Position numbers and translations under genes: made by a program. Under the pieces are notes generated by a model that saw only the letters and a list, made by a program, of their open reading frames with translations, did not search any database and was not told the origin of the DNA. A stretch of 64,000 nucleotides of DNA from a bacterium. GTDB taxonomy: Bacteria; UBA8248. Of this stretch, positions 1-9,990 are shown in pieces. Position 1 is the stretch's first letter; every line of letters begins with the position of its first letter. Location: the NCBI GenBank assembly GCA_965221165.1, contig CBDCRP010000003.1, positions 992,001 through 1,056,000 of the forward strand, read 5' to 3'.

Positions 1-2
1 GG

Positions 3-812
3 CGCGGCTATGCGACGGGGCAGAGCGGGGGGAGCAGCCTGGACGCCCTTCCGCGCCTCGGGGAGACCGAATCCGACATGGCGGTGGTCACTCTGGGGGT
101 CGGCCACCGCGCCGGACCGGACCTCTCCTGGGGCGCCGCGCTGAGCATCGCCCGCCATGAGAACGAACTCTCGGGCGCGAACCTGGACAGCGACGTCGTG
201 ATCGGCTCGCTGCACGGCGCGTGGCGCAGCGGGGGCCTACAGGTGAGCGTCGTCCTGAGCCTGGGACAGACATCGATCGATGTCGAGCGCTCGATAATCC
301 TCGGACCGGCGACGCGTTCCGAGCGCGGCTCCACCGAAGCCGCCCAGTTCGGGGGCGAATTCGATTTCGGGTGGCTCCTCGGCGCCTCCGAGGCTCTCCG
401 GCACGGCCCGTTCTTCGGTCTTTCCTGGCTCGAACAGGAGGTCAAGGGCTACCGGGAGAGCGGAGAGTCGTCCACTTCGATGAACTTCGCAGACTTCGAT
501 CGCAATTCCATCATCGCGCGCGGCGACTACCAGATGTCCTGGAACCTCGCCGGAATTCGTCCCCATGTCCGCGTCGCCTATGAGCGCGAACTCGAGGACG
601 ACCCCGTCCTCGTCTACGCGGGTTCGAACACCATGCCCGGACGCTTCGCGCTTCCGGGCTTTGCGCCGCCGCGCGATTCCGTGAGCGCCAACCTGGGCAT
701 AAGCGCAAAACTGGGCGAGCGCGCGAGCGGCCGCCTGGGCTACGCCGGACGCTTCGGTGACAACTCGCTCCGGAACCACCGCCTGTCTCTCGCAGTGCGG
801 ATCGTCTTTTGA
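3..812 (+). CDS. Autotransporter beta-barrel domain (EstA-like C-terminus), 5'-partial
   Basis: Frame is open back to the window edge. Amphipathic beta-strand pattern, GYRESG..SMNFADFDRNS motif, C-terminal Phe (RIVF). Confidence 0.75.
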   Translation, partial: RGYATGQSGGSSLDALPRLGETESDMAVVTLGVGHRAGPDLSWGAALSIARHENELSGANLDSDVVIGSLHGAWRSGGLQVSVVLSLGQTSIDVERSIILGPATRSERGSTEAAQFGGEFDFGWLLGASEALRHGPFFGLSWLEQEVKGYRESGESSTSMNFADFDRNSIIARGDYQMSWNLAGIRPHVRVAYERELEDDPVLVYAGSNTMPGRFALPGFAPPRDSVSANLGISAKLGERASGRLGYAGRFGDNSLRNHRLSLAVRIVF

Positions 813-902
813 TTTATGGATTCGGGGAAATTTCGAGAGGATGATACAGGATTCTTCCGCGGAACTTAGGGATGGGGGGTGAAGGAAAATGCGGCGCCTG
901 AA

Positions 903-1349
903 TCAGGTTTCCAGGTCCGGCTCGACGGCCTCATACGTCTCCTTCGTCATGATCAAGACGTTGCACTCGTTCTTTCGCCGGTATTCGACGCTGTCCATCA
1001 CCTGATTCACGAGGAACAGGCCCAGCCCGGCCAGGAGTTCGTCTTCTTCCAGAGAACTCTCGCCATCGGTTTCCGCCGTGGCCGACAGATCGAACGGCGC
1101 GCTGTTGTCCACGAGCACGACGACGAGTTCTTCTCCCTCGACACGCACGATAACCTCGATCCGATGCGTTTCGTCGTCATCGTACCCGAAGCTGATCCTG
1201 TTGGTGAGGATCTCCTCGATCGAAAGATTGACCGCATAACCGATTTGCGGAGCGTAGTTCCTCTGCGCGCAGAATTCGTCAATCTGCGCGGCGACGACGG
1301 CGATTTCCCTCAGATCGTTGACAAGCGAGATTTCAAGAGCGTCTTCCAA
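903..1349 (-). CDS. Anti-sigma regulatory factor (RsbW-like HATPase_c)
   Basis: LSIEEILTN N-box, DNSAPFD, GLGLFLVNQVMD..EY..N motifs. Confidence 0.85.
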   Translation of the reverse strand: MEDALEISLVNDLREIAVVAAQIDEFCAQRNYAPQIGYAVNLSIEEILTNRISFGYDDDETHRIEVIVRVEGEELVVVLVDNSAPFDLSATAETDGESSLEEDELLAGLGLFLVNQVMDSVEYRRKNECNVLIMTKETYEAVEPDLET

Positions 1350-1380
1350 TATCCCTCCCTCTCACAAAAAAGCGAGCCGC

Positions 1381-2829
1381 CTAGTCCTCTTTCAGGGAAC
1401 GACTGAAAAAGTCCGTCAGCGGCTTGGCGAGATAACTGATCAACGAGCGTTCTCCGGTCTGGATGTGCACCTCCACCGGCATACCGGGCGTAAGGGCCAG
1501 TTCATGAATCGCATTTCGCGGGTCCTGCTCCTTGTTCAAGGGGTCGACCGAATCGCCCGACTCCTCGGGCGAGGTTCCCGTCAACCAACCTATAAACCCG
1601 CTCAACGAGCCGCTCGAAGCTTCGGATTTTTCCGCCGGCCCGCCTGCTCCGTTCGCATCGGGTCTGCCCATCGCGAGATCGAGTTCGTACCACGACAGGC
1701 CGCTGTTCGGATCGATCACCGCATCCGCCGACACCCGAATCACATGGCCCGGGAACTCCGGCGTCACACGCGCGGGAAAGGAAGAAAACCGAAGCCGCGC
1801 CTCCTGTCCCGGATATACCTGATCCACATGAATCGGATTGAGCCGCGCCATCACCACCAGCCCCGAATCCTTCGGCACGACGTGCAGTATCGGCTCGCCC
1901 GGACGCACGACCTCGCGCGGAGCGACCACCTTCATGCCGAACACCTTTCCCGAAACGGGCGCCCGCACCTCCATGCGACCGAGGCGCTCGCGCACCAGCG
2001 CGAGACGGTCCAGTACCTGGTTCTCTTTGGCCCTTGCGTCGCGGGCCCATTCCTCCGCTTCCTCGATCCGCCGCGCGTCGACCTGTAGTATCTGAATTTC
2101 CAACTCCGAGATGCGGCCCCGGGCACCGGCGATGGAGGCGTCGTTCGTTCCCGCCTGGCCTTCGAGGCTCTTCGCCGCGCGCTCGAGCGCGAGAAGCCTG
2201 TCGAGCGAGGTCAGCCCCTTGTCGAACAAGTCGCGATAGGCATTGAGTTGGCGAAAGATGAGTTCCGTTTGCTCCTCCAGCGAGACGGCATGCGCTTCCA
2301 GCCCCTTGATTTCCTTGCGCGTCTGTCCGATGCGCTCGCGAAGCCGCGCGACCTCTCCGTTGCGCGAGGCCATCCGCGCGAGGAAGAGCCTTTCGTGACC
2401 GTCGAGTATGTCGCGCACCCTCGCGTCGGCCTCCGATAACGCGGCGAGTTCTTTCTCCCAGACTATCGTGTCCGCGCCCTTGAGCTCCGCCTCCAGGCGA
2501 TTGCGCCGGGCCGCCAACTCGGCGTATTGCGACTCGAGAATCGCCTCCTCCGAGCGCGGCAGCGCATCGTCGAAGCGCACCAATACGTCGTTTTTTTTCA
2601 CGGAATCGCCGTCGCGAACCAGAATCTGGCTTACGGTACCGCCGTCGATATGTTCGACTATCTGATTGCGGTTCTCTACCGCCAGCCGGCCCGAGGCGAT
2701 CACGGCCCCCGAGAGCGAGGCGAAAATGCTCCAGCCGAGGAGTCCGCCTCCCATCAGGGTCAGTGTCAGAAACCCCATGTTCAGCGCCTTGCGCGCAGAG
2801 AACCGCCGCTCGTTCGTCTGATTGCTCAT
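1381..2829 (-). CDS. HlyD/PrtE-family type I secretion membrane fusion protein
   Basis: N-terminal TM, GAVIASG, EHIDGGTV..ILVRDGD, coiled coil, RAPVSG, LTPGMPVEVHIQTGERSLISYLAKPL. Overlaps the upstream PrtD-like stop. Confidence 0.92.
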   Translation of the reverse strand: MSNQTNERRFSARKALNMGFLTLTLMGGGLLGWSIFASLSGAVIASGRLAVENRNQIVEHIDGGTVSQILVRDGDSVKKNDVLVRFDDALPRSEEAILESQYAELAARRNRLEAELKGADTIVWEKELAALSEADARVRDILDGHERLFLARMASRNGEVARLRERIGQTRKEIKGLEAHAVSLEEQTELIFRQLNAYRDLFDKGLTSLDRLLALERAAKSLEGQAGTNDASIAGARGRISELEIQILQVDARRIEEAEEWARDARAKENQVLDRLALVRERLGRMEVRAPVSGKVFGMKVVAPREVVRPGEPILHVVPKDSGLVVMARLNPIHVDQVYPGQEARLRFSSFPARVTPEFPGHVIRVSADAVIDPNSGLSWYELDLAMGRPDANGAGGPAEKSEASSGSLSGFIGWLTGTSPEESGDSVDPLNKEQDPRNAIHELALTPGMPVEVHIQTGERSLISYLAKPLTDFFSRSLKED

Positions 2830-4844
2830 GTCGCATCACCCTGATTCATAGGCGTTTCGGAACCTTTCGGCGGCGCGTCGGGCGCTTGCGTTGACTCATT
2901 TTCACCCGCGCCCGAAGGCGGAGCCGAGCCGCTCACGCGCGCGACGGCGCCGGCGATGAGTTCATCACGCCGACGCCTGACTTCAGAAACCTGCCCCTCA
3001 CCCGCAGGCGCGGGCGTTTTTCGCCCATCACGCGCAGGCGGGCGCACGTCCGCCCTCTCTTGCGGCAGGAGGGCCGCCTGTGCCGCCGAAGCCTCTTTAG
3101 GTTTCGGAGGCTGGATCGCTCCCCTCACCCGCGCGATGGCGCCGGCGATTTGCTCATCGCGCCCACGCTCGGCAGGCGCAGGCGGACGTGCGCGAACTCT
3201 TTCCTGTTGCGCGGGCGCGGGGCGCGCTTGCGCTCTTTGACGCGGAGGCGCAGGCGGCGCCGGACGGGCGGGCTGCTGCTGCGCCTGACCGCCGCCTCTC
3301 GCATCGCGGCGCGCAGGCGAGCGCTGCCGGGCAGCCGCCGGCCTGCCCTCCCCGCTCTCCGCCTTCCTCGCGCCGCCCTCCTGTAATTGCCGTACGGGCG
3401 CCGAGCGACCTCCCTCTCCCCCGGTGGCCGGGACGGGACGCCCGTTCTCCATCACGTACACGGTGTCGCACTGGGCGAACGCGCCGTGGCGATGCGCCCC
3501 GGTGCGTTTCGCCGCATCGACGATGTCCTCGTCTTTCGCATCTTCGGAGAAGCGGGAGATGTTCTCCGCCACGGTCCCATCGAACAAAACCACTTCCTGC
3601 GGCAAATACCCGATATATTTTCCCAGCGCCCCGCCGTACTGGTCGAGTTCCGCCCCGTCGAGGCGCACCGAGCCCGCTATCGGCCGCCACACCCCGGCGA
3701 GAGCGCGCGCGAACGTGGACTTGCCCGCGGCGGATCGTCCCGCGATACCCGCCGCCTATCCCGTTTCGAGACGGAAAGACGCGCCGCGAACAGCCGCCAC
3801 CCGCGCCCCGGGCGCTGCGACCATGAGGCCATCCGTCTCCAGAATCGCGCGTGGAGCGGGAAGCGTCGTCCGGGACGTTTCGGGCGGCGTCTCCCCCAAA
3901 AGGGCGGAGAGCGAACGCCACGAGGCCAGCGCGCGCTGAAGCGTCGGCCAATGCCCGACGGCCTGATCGATCGGGGAGAGCGCGCGCCCCAGGAGGATCG
4001 AGCCCGCTATCATCACCCCGGGCGTCATCTCGCCCTGAATCACGAGAAAAGCGCCGAGCCCGAGCATCATCGACTGGAGGAACAGGCGCAGCGTCTTCGA
4101 GAGCACGCTGTAAAAGCCGTTCCTGTCCGAGGCCGCCAGCGTCCTGTCGAGAACGATGTCACGCAAACCGCCCGAACGCGACACCACCGCGTCCTGCATG
4201 CCGAGACCCTGCACGGTCTCACCGCCCGCGCGCATCTGTTCGAGGAAGATGCCCGAACGAGCGCTCGCCTCCCCGACTTCCTGCTGGATATTACCCGTTC
4301 CCGCCTGGTTGAGAAGGGCGATTCCGGCGAGCAGACAGCCCGAGAAAACCGCCAGGAGGCCGAGCATCCAGTGGAATGAAAACAGCACGAACAAGAAGAC
4401 CGGCGTCCACGGCGCGTCAAAAAAGGCGAAAGGACCCGAACCCGAGGCGAAGCGCTGGATCGTTTCCAGATCGCGAAGGCCCGTCGCCGGGCGCGCGCGT
4501 TCGGCAGGCGACGTCGAGCGGGAAAGGATGGCCCTGAGCACGCGCGAGTCGAGCCGCGCCTGAAGCCGCGCGCCGGCGCGGGCGAGAATCCGTCCGCGCG
4601 CGTGATCCAGCACGCCCATTATCAGGAAGAGAAACGCCACGATGACGACCAGCGCCACCAGCGTCGCCACGGAACGCGAGCCCAGCACCCGGTCGTAGAC
4701 CTGCAGCATGAACAGCGGACCCGTCAGCATCAACAGGTTCACCACCACGCTGAAAAAACCGCACGAAACGAAGAGCCAGCGGCTCTCGGAGAGCACCGCC
4801 CGGATCTCCTTGTCCCCACTCCGGTTCTCTGCCCTTGCGACCAT
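2826..4844 (-). pseudogene. PrtD-family type I secretion permease/ATPase pseudogene (in-frame TAG plus internal deletion)
   Basis: LFMLQVYDRVL and FFDAPWTP TMD motifs. ORFs 3756-4844 and 2826-3692 are in the same frame, separated by TAG at 3756-3758 just before Walker A (GRSAAGKST). LSGGQ signature and Walker B are absent. Confidence 0.85.
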
Positions 4845-5305
4845 CTACAAACCACCTCACGTTCTCGTCGGCGAATTCGGAATCTTCATACGAATTCACC
4901 ACCCGCTTGCGGGTAGGTGTACCCCCAACCCCAGTTTTCACTCGTGATTTTGCAAACAAGGGGCCCTCTGTTGCGTCGCAGTTCACAGAATACACTTTCT
5001 CCAGCCGAAGCGCATCCCCGCTCCTTCCGTGAAGTCGACGCCGGCGTTTGCACCAGGTCGGGACGTTCAGATTCTCAAAACCGGCAGCGCCGGAGATCGG
5101 CGGCATCTTCCCAATCCCCGCACGAATCACCGTCATTGCCCCTGTTCCTTCGATGTTTCGCGCCGTATCCCTTCTCCCTCCCATTTTCGGTCCGGCGCCC
5201 GGGAGGAGTTTCGGGGTGGTGGGCCGCTCCGTAAGTTCAAGGTCTCGTTGTGGTAGTATATCCCCGGATAATCAGGGCATCTCACCACAAGGGAGAGGGT
5301 GCGTG

Positions 5306-5611
5306 ATGGATCAACCCGAAGCGAAAGAGCAGGAATCCCCCGAAATACCGGAAGGCGAAAAGCGCGAATCGAGGCGAAGCATGGTGCGGGTATACGTGAC
5401 GTACGCCGCCGCCATATTCCTGTTCGGCGGCGGCGCATTATTGGTGACAACGTTGTTCATCACCGGCAGAGTAGATGACGCCAAAGACCTGTTCCTGGCC
5501 ATCATGCCGGTCAGCGCGGCGGTGATATCCTACTGGTTCGCCACCCGCCGGCCCGCTTCTGCGGCCGGGGGTGGGGATACGAAAGCCGATGAACGGCAGG
5601 GGGGTGCGTAG
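5306..5611 (+). CDS. Small hypothetical membrane protein (2 TM)
   Basis: ATG at 5306 after GGGAGAGG; two hydrophobic helices. Confidence 0.6.
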   Translation: MDQPEAKEQESPEIPEGEKRESRRSMVRVYVTYAAAIFLFGGGALLVTTLFITGRVDDAKDLFLAIMPVSAAVISYWFATRRPASAAGGGDTKADERQGGA

Positions 5612-5653
5612 GCGAGAACCTGCGTGTTCTCCCTTGTGGTTTTGGAAGCGTCC

Positions 5654-5717
5654 TTACGGATGCGCGCCTTTCGTCAGCATCAAAATCCCCGCGATGCGCC
5701 TCGCGGTGTCGGTGAAG
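5654..5717 (-). pseudogene. Orphan 3' end of a second allele of the R-M gene (FTDTARRIAGILMLTKGAHP*)
   Basis: 5673-5717 matches 5931-5975 at 42/45 nt. Confidence 0.75.
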
Positions 5718-5729
5718 ACGGCGTATGAC

Positions 5730-5901
5730 ACTCCCCCTTTGAGGGGGAGTCGGCAAGGCGAGAACGCAAGCCCGAAGTCGCGCCGGCTTTGTTGTAGGGG
5801 CCGCATATATGCGGCCCTCTCGTCGGCATGCGGGTCGCATATATGCGACCCCTACAATGGATGTGGTTTCCGTTCGTCATTCCGGCATCCGCCGGAATGA
5901 C
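5730..5901. repeat. Mosaic of REP-like palindromes
   Basis: ACTCCCCCTTTGAGGGGGAGT, GTAGGGGCCGCATATATGCGGCCC...GGGTCGCATATATGCGACCCCTAC, GTCATTCCGGCATCCGCCGGAATGAC. Confidence 0.85.
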
Positions 5902-5923
5902 ATGAATTTTTGCTAGTGGAAGC

Positions 5924-8900
5924 TCAACCGGTCAACATCAAAATCCCCGCGATGCGCCTCGCCGTCTCGGTGAAGTGATGGACTTCCTCGGGCTTGAGAG
6001 GGCGCCCCAGGATGTCCTGTTCTCTATACGAGAGCCACTTCTTGAGCACTTGGTAGCCGCCTAACTTGTAGCTCCAGACAGCGGCGGGGACACATCGCCA
6101 AAAGGCGCGACCATTCAGATAGACATCAAAAGCCGTATCGCCGAGTACAAAGCGCGCATCGTCCAAGGCGGTGCGTTCCTCAATCGTATAGGCCCGCTCG
6201 ACGGCGCGGCCTTTGCCGGGCATCACGGCGTCCCCCGCTCCGAAGTGTCCCCATCCAGCCGTCACTGCGAAATCATCACTCATCATCTGGCCTTCCCGCA
6301 CCGTCTTGGGAACGGCGAGGACGGCCATCTCAGGTCTCAAGGGAGCCTGCGTAACGCAGGGAACGCTTGCGTCGGTATCCAGTAAGCGGGCGAGTTGGCG
6401 GCCCCGCGCAGCGGATTGGGCTAGCACTTCCGCAGCGTCTTTCGCCCCGCCGTTCGGCCAGCCGGGCAGGGGTATGCGAGGCCACTCCATTCTGAGCGCG
6501 CCCACGTTGGCCTCGCGGTAGGCGGGATCGTGCAGCGTGGCGAGGGTGTGATGAAACAAATCCTCCACGCTCGCGCCGATACGCTTCAAATAGCCTTGCG
6601 CCGATTCGGATAGATTCGGACGACGCTCAGAGTTTACTGAATTTAAGCCTTCATCGAAAAGCCATAATGGAACGTAAGTGGTGCTACTATCCATGTGATT
6701 GATGTCACCGATACTAAAGGCTACTGGCGGAGGTGACCATTCTTTACGTTGTTTCGCAGGCGTAGCCAACCATATATTTCCCTCGAATACGTGCGGCCTG
6801 TAATCAGCGCGCTTCTCATCAAGCAATTTTGTTTCCGCCTCCCAATAAAGCCAACGGTTGTCGAATGGTCGGTAAACATGGCGGATGAAACCGCTCTCGT
6901 TCGGACCACCTCGCGCAAGCAGCACGTTGCGTACGGATTGAGCGTTGAACCGCTTGGTGTTCTGCATTACGCGGGGATAAGACCGGGCGATTTCTTCATG
7001 ACTCAAACTTGGGTCGAAGTAGTCGGTTATGCGGGTTTTGAGGCGTTCAAGTTCGGTATCTACGAGAAACGAGTCACGGCTGGTCTTGACGCCGGGGAAC
7101 GAGGTGGGGAACAGATCGGGTAGAGCGGGACAGTTGAACCAGCCTTCACTCACTTTCGTCTTTACGGGGGTGAAGGGAAGACCTAGAAGAATAATTGGTT
7201 CGACGTTTTCATACATCGTTTCTGGTTTAGCCTCGGATGATTCCAGTAGTTTCTCTCGTTTGAATTTTGCTTCTCCCCACAGATGGCGGAAAGCGATCTC
7301 TCGGGCGGGGGCGTGCTCCGACTTGCGCACCAACGTCGCGACTGCCGTGCCGAGTTTGATGCCCCCTGTATTGTCTGTCGTAAAAACATTCCCGTCGGTG
7401 TTTCCGTCCGGTGTTTTTCCGCCACTGCGAATGTCCCCGTTCAGACAATCGATTCGCACCATGTCGAATACTTCCAGATAACGTTCGCGCATTCCAGTAA
7501 AGGAAGGTTTATCAAGTCATGAAAAGTTGGAAATGAAGCACACGACTCCCCGGCCCGTCTTTTCGACGATGCGCCGCTCCGCCATGCGAAAAAAACGCAC
7601 ATATGGGTCGTTCAATCCCGGACCCTTCTGTTTTCTTACGCGCCGCGTAATACGATAGGCTTCGGTTAGTTGCCGCTCCTCTTCCTCTAATGCCACGCTT
7701 GCGTAGCCGTTGTAGGGGGGATTGCCGAGAATCACGAGAACGGGCGTTTCCTGTTTCACCCGCTCCGCGCGGTCGCGCTCTTCCTCCAGTTCGGGGAAGG
7801 GCAGCGGTTTGTTTGCCCTGGGTTCCCAGCCAGTCAACGCGTTGGTGAGAAAAACGTCCGCGCGCTCCTCCTCCGCCAGCGGCGCGCCGAGTCCGTCCAA
7901 GGCGAGACCGACCTGTAAATGCGCGACGACGAAGGGAGCGGGCATGATCTCGAAGCCGAACACGCGCTTCAAGGCCGCTTCCTTCACCCGCGCGCCCGCG
8001 AGCGCGCCTACGCCCTGACCTTCGAGATTGGCGGCGATGCGCCTCAGCACTTCGGCCAGGTAGGCCCCCGTTCCGCAGCAGGGGTCGAGCACGTAGACGT
8101 TCTCGGCTGCGAGGCCATCGGCGATCCCCAGATCGTCTTTCAGCGCCTTGTCCACGCGGGCGACCATGTAGCGCACGACTTCCGTCGGCGTGTACCAGAC
8201 GCCGAGTTGTTTTCTCAAGGCGGGGTCGAAGGCCTCCAGAAACGGCTCGTAGAAATAGGGCACGGCCTCGCCTTCGTTGAAACGAGCGAAAAAGGCTTCC
8301 CTGTCCACGCGGTCGAGCGCGGCGGCGGTCCAATCCAGCACTTCGACCAGATTCAGAGAACGAAGGCGACCCGGGTCGGAGAGTTGCTGGAAGAGACTAC
8401 GCATCACCGGCGCGCGCAGGTGCCAGACGGACTCATGCCAGTTGAACTTCGCCGTAGGCTGAGGGGTTTGCCGCGCCCAGAGGACCCAGGCGGAAAACAC
8501 GCCGTAGAAGAGAGTCTGCACCAGCGTTGAGTGAAAAAAACGAATCCCTTGTTCGTCATCGAAGCGAACGCCCAGCGCCTCTTCCAATGCGGAACGCACC
8601 GCCTCAAGCTGGGGCGCATCGCCCGCCACTTCGACACGCGCAAGGCCGTCGCGGGCATAGGACGCCAGAAGCCACGCCAAATCCTTGGGTTCCGCTATCG
8701 CCGCCTGATGCGAAAGGGCGCGGGTCAAGTATTCGGCCAGTCCGGCGCCTACACTTCGGGCGAAGGCGCGGGGGGTATTCAGCCGCCGCTCGAAATCCTC
8801 CGCGTCCTCGGCGAGCCTGAAGGATTCCAGCTTCACCTGCTCGCCTGCTCGCTCGCCGAGCAGGAGAAAATCGTGCATGTTCGTCACCAGCACGAGGCGG

Positions 8901-9253
8901 TAGCGATTCCAGTAGTCGCTCACCTGCTCACCCTCCGCCGTGAGCCAGGCGTCATCCTCTGCGGGCTTCATCTCCACCACGCCGCGTTCGGGCGTCTGGC
9001 CCTCGCGCGGTCGGCCCCTTTGTATCTGCCGCGCCGCGTAGAGGCCGAAATCGGGCCGGCCCGCACCCTGATCCGCAAGCTCCGGGACGCAGAAAGCCTT
9101 GGGTCTCAGCGCGCCGCCGACCGCGTTCAGCAGGTTCGCGAGAGGGGTGTAGTATGACAGTTCTCCCGTCGCCCCGCCCGATGCGCGCGTGCGCGCGAGA
9201 TCGGAGAAGTAGGTTTCCACCGCCGCCGTCAAGTTTTGGTTCACTGTGCTCAT
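5924..9253 (-). pseudogene. Type IIG/ISP-like restriction-modification enzyme (nuclease-like N-terminus, N6-MTase, ISP-type C-terminal specificity domain) interrupted by an in-frame TGA
   Basis: PDF..VVEMK, GVWYTP, LDPCCGTG (motif I), GNPPY (motif IV), PGVKTSRD, YRPFDNRWLY, YKLGGYQVLKKWLSYRE. ORFs 7517-9253 and 5924-7492 share a frame: ISNFS*LDKPSFTGMRE. Confidence 0.85.
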
Positions 9254-9341
9254 GGCCTAAGTTTTCGCCGATTGTGCGGGGATGCGCAAGGGCGGGTCGT
9301 CCGATGAGGGAGGGATTGTTCCGACCGGGGGAGGGATTGCC

Positions 9342-9591
9342 GTAGTGGGGACAACCCCCCGTGGTTGTCCCTGCCCCCGTGGTTGTCCTTGTTCAAGGCG
9401 GACCCGATCAGGACAGGCGCGGGGGCCTGTCCCTACAAGGGCTCTCTCCAATCACGGCGATTCCCGCAGGAGTCTTGGCAGGGGACGCATACGTGCGTCC
9501 CGTATTTCACGGAACCAGGAGGGCCGCATATATGCGGCGCTCCCAAGAAGGGAGCGCCACCTACATGATGGCCGGCGAACCATCTTTCCTC
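9342..9591. repeat. GTAG-type REP mosaic, copy 1 of a local direct duplication
   Basis: GGGACAACCCCCGTGGTTGTCCC and GGACAGGCGCGGGGGCCTGTCCCTAC palindromes; 9373-9591 is repeated at 9811-9990. Confidence 0.85.
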
Positions 9592-9599
9592 CCCCGCGT

Positions 9600-9790
9600 T
9601 TGACCCCGCATTTCCCCGCATTTGCGGTCGGGGCATATCGGTCGCGCCCGTGTATGCCGGCGAAGCGGGCCGTCACGTCCGGGGATGAGTGAATATCCGA
9701 ATAAAAATGAAAAAAGGTGAAAAATAGTGAAAATATCTGAAAATAAGTGAAAATTTAACGCGTTGATTTTAATGTGGTTATGTGGATTTC
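9600..9790 (+). repeat. Phased 10-bp repeat element (CCCCGCATTT x2; TGAAAA-containing 10-mers x5)
   Basis: TGAAAA starts at 9708, 9718, 9728, 9738 and 9748. Related element in inverted orientation at ~27270-27750. Confidence 0.8.
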
Positions 9791-9810
9791 AAGGCGAAAG
9801 GGAGGCATGC

Positions 9811-9990
9811 GCCCCCGTGGTTGTCCTTGTTCAAGGCGGACCCGATCAGGACAGGCGCGGGGGCCTGTCCCTGCAAGGGATCTCTCCAATCACGGCGATT
9901 CCCGCAGGAGTCTTGGCAGGGGACGCATATATGCGGCGCTCCCAAGAAGGGAGCGCCACCTACATGATGGGCGGCGAACCATCTTTCCTC
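9811..9990. repeat. Copy 2 of the local direct duplication (39-bp internal deletion)
   Basis: Near-identical to 9373-9591 but lacks the segment between two GCATA motifs. Confidence 0.85.

Noticed and set aside
3756-3758. Pyrrolysine readthrough in PrtD
   Set aside because: The gene also lacks its signature and Walker B motifs, and no pyl genes are seen.
7517-7519. Selenocysteine in the R-M gene
   Set aside because: The position corresponds to Trp, not Cys, and no SECIS-like hairpin follows.
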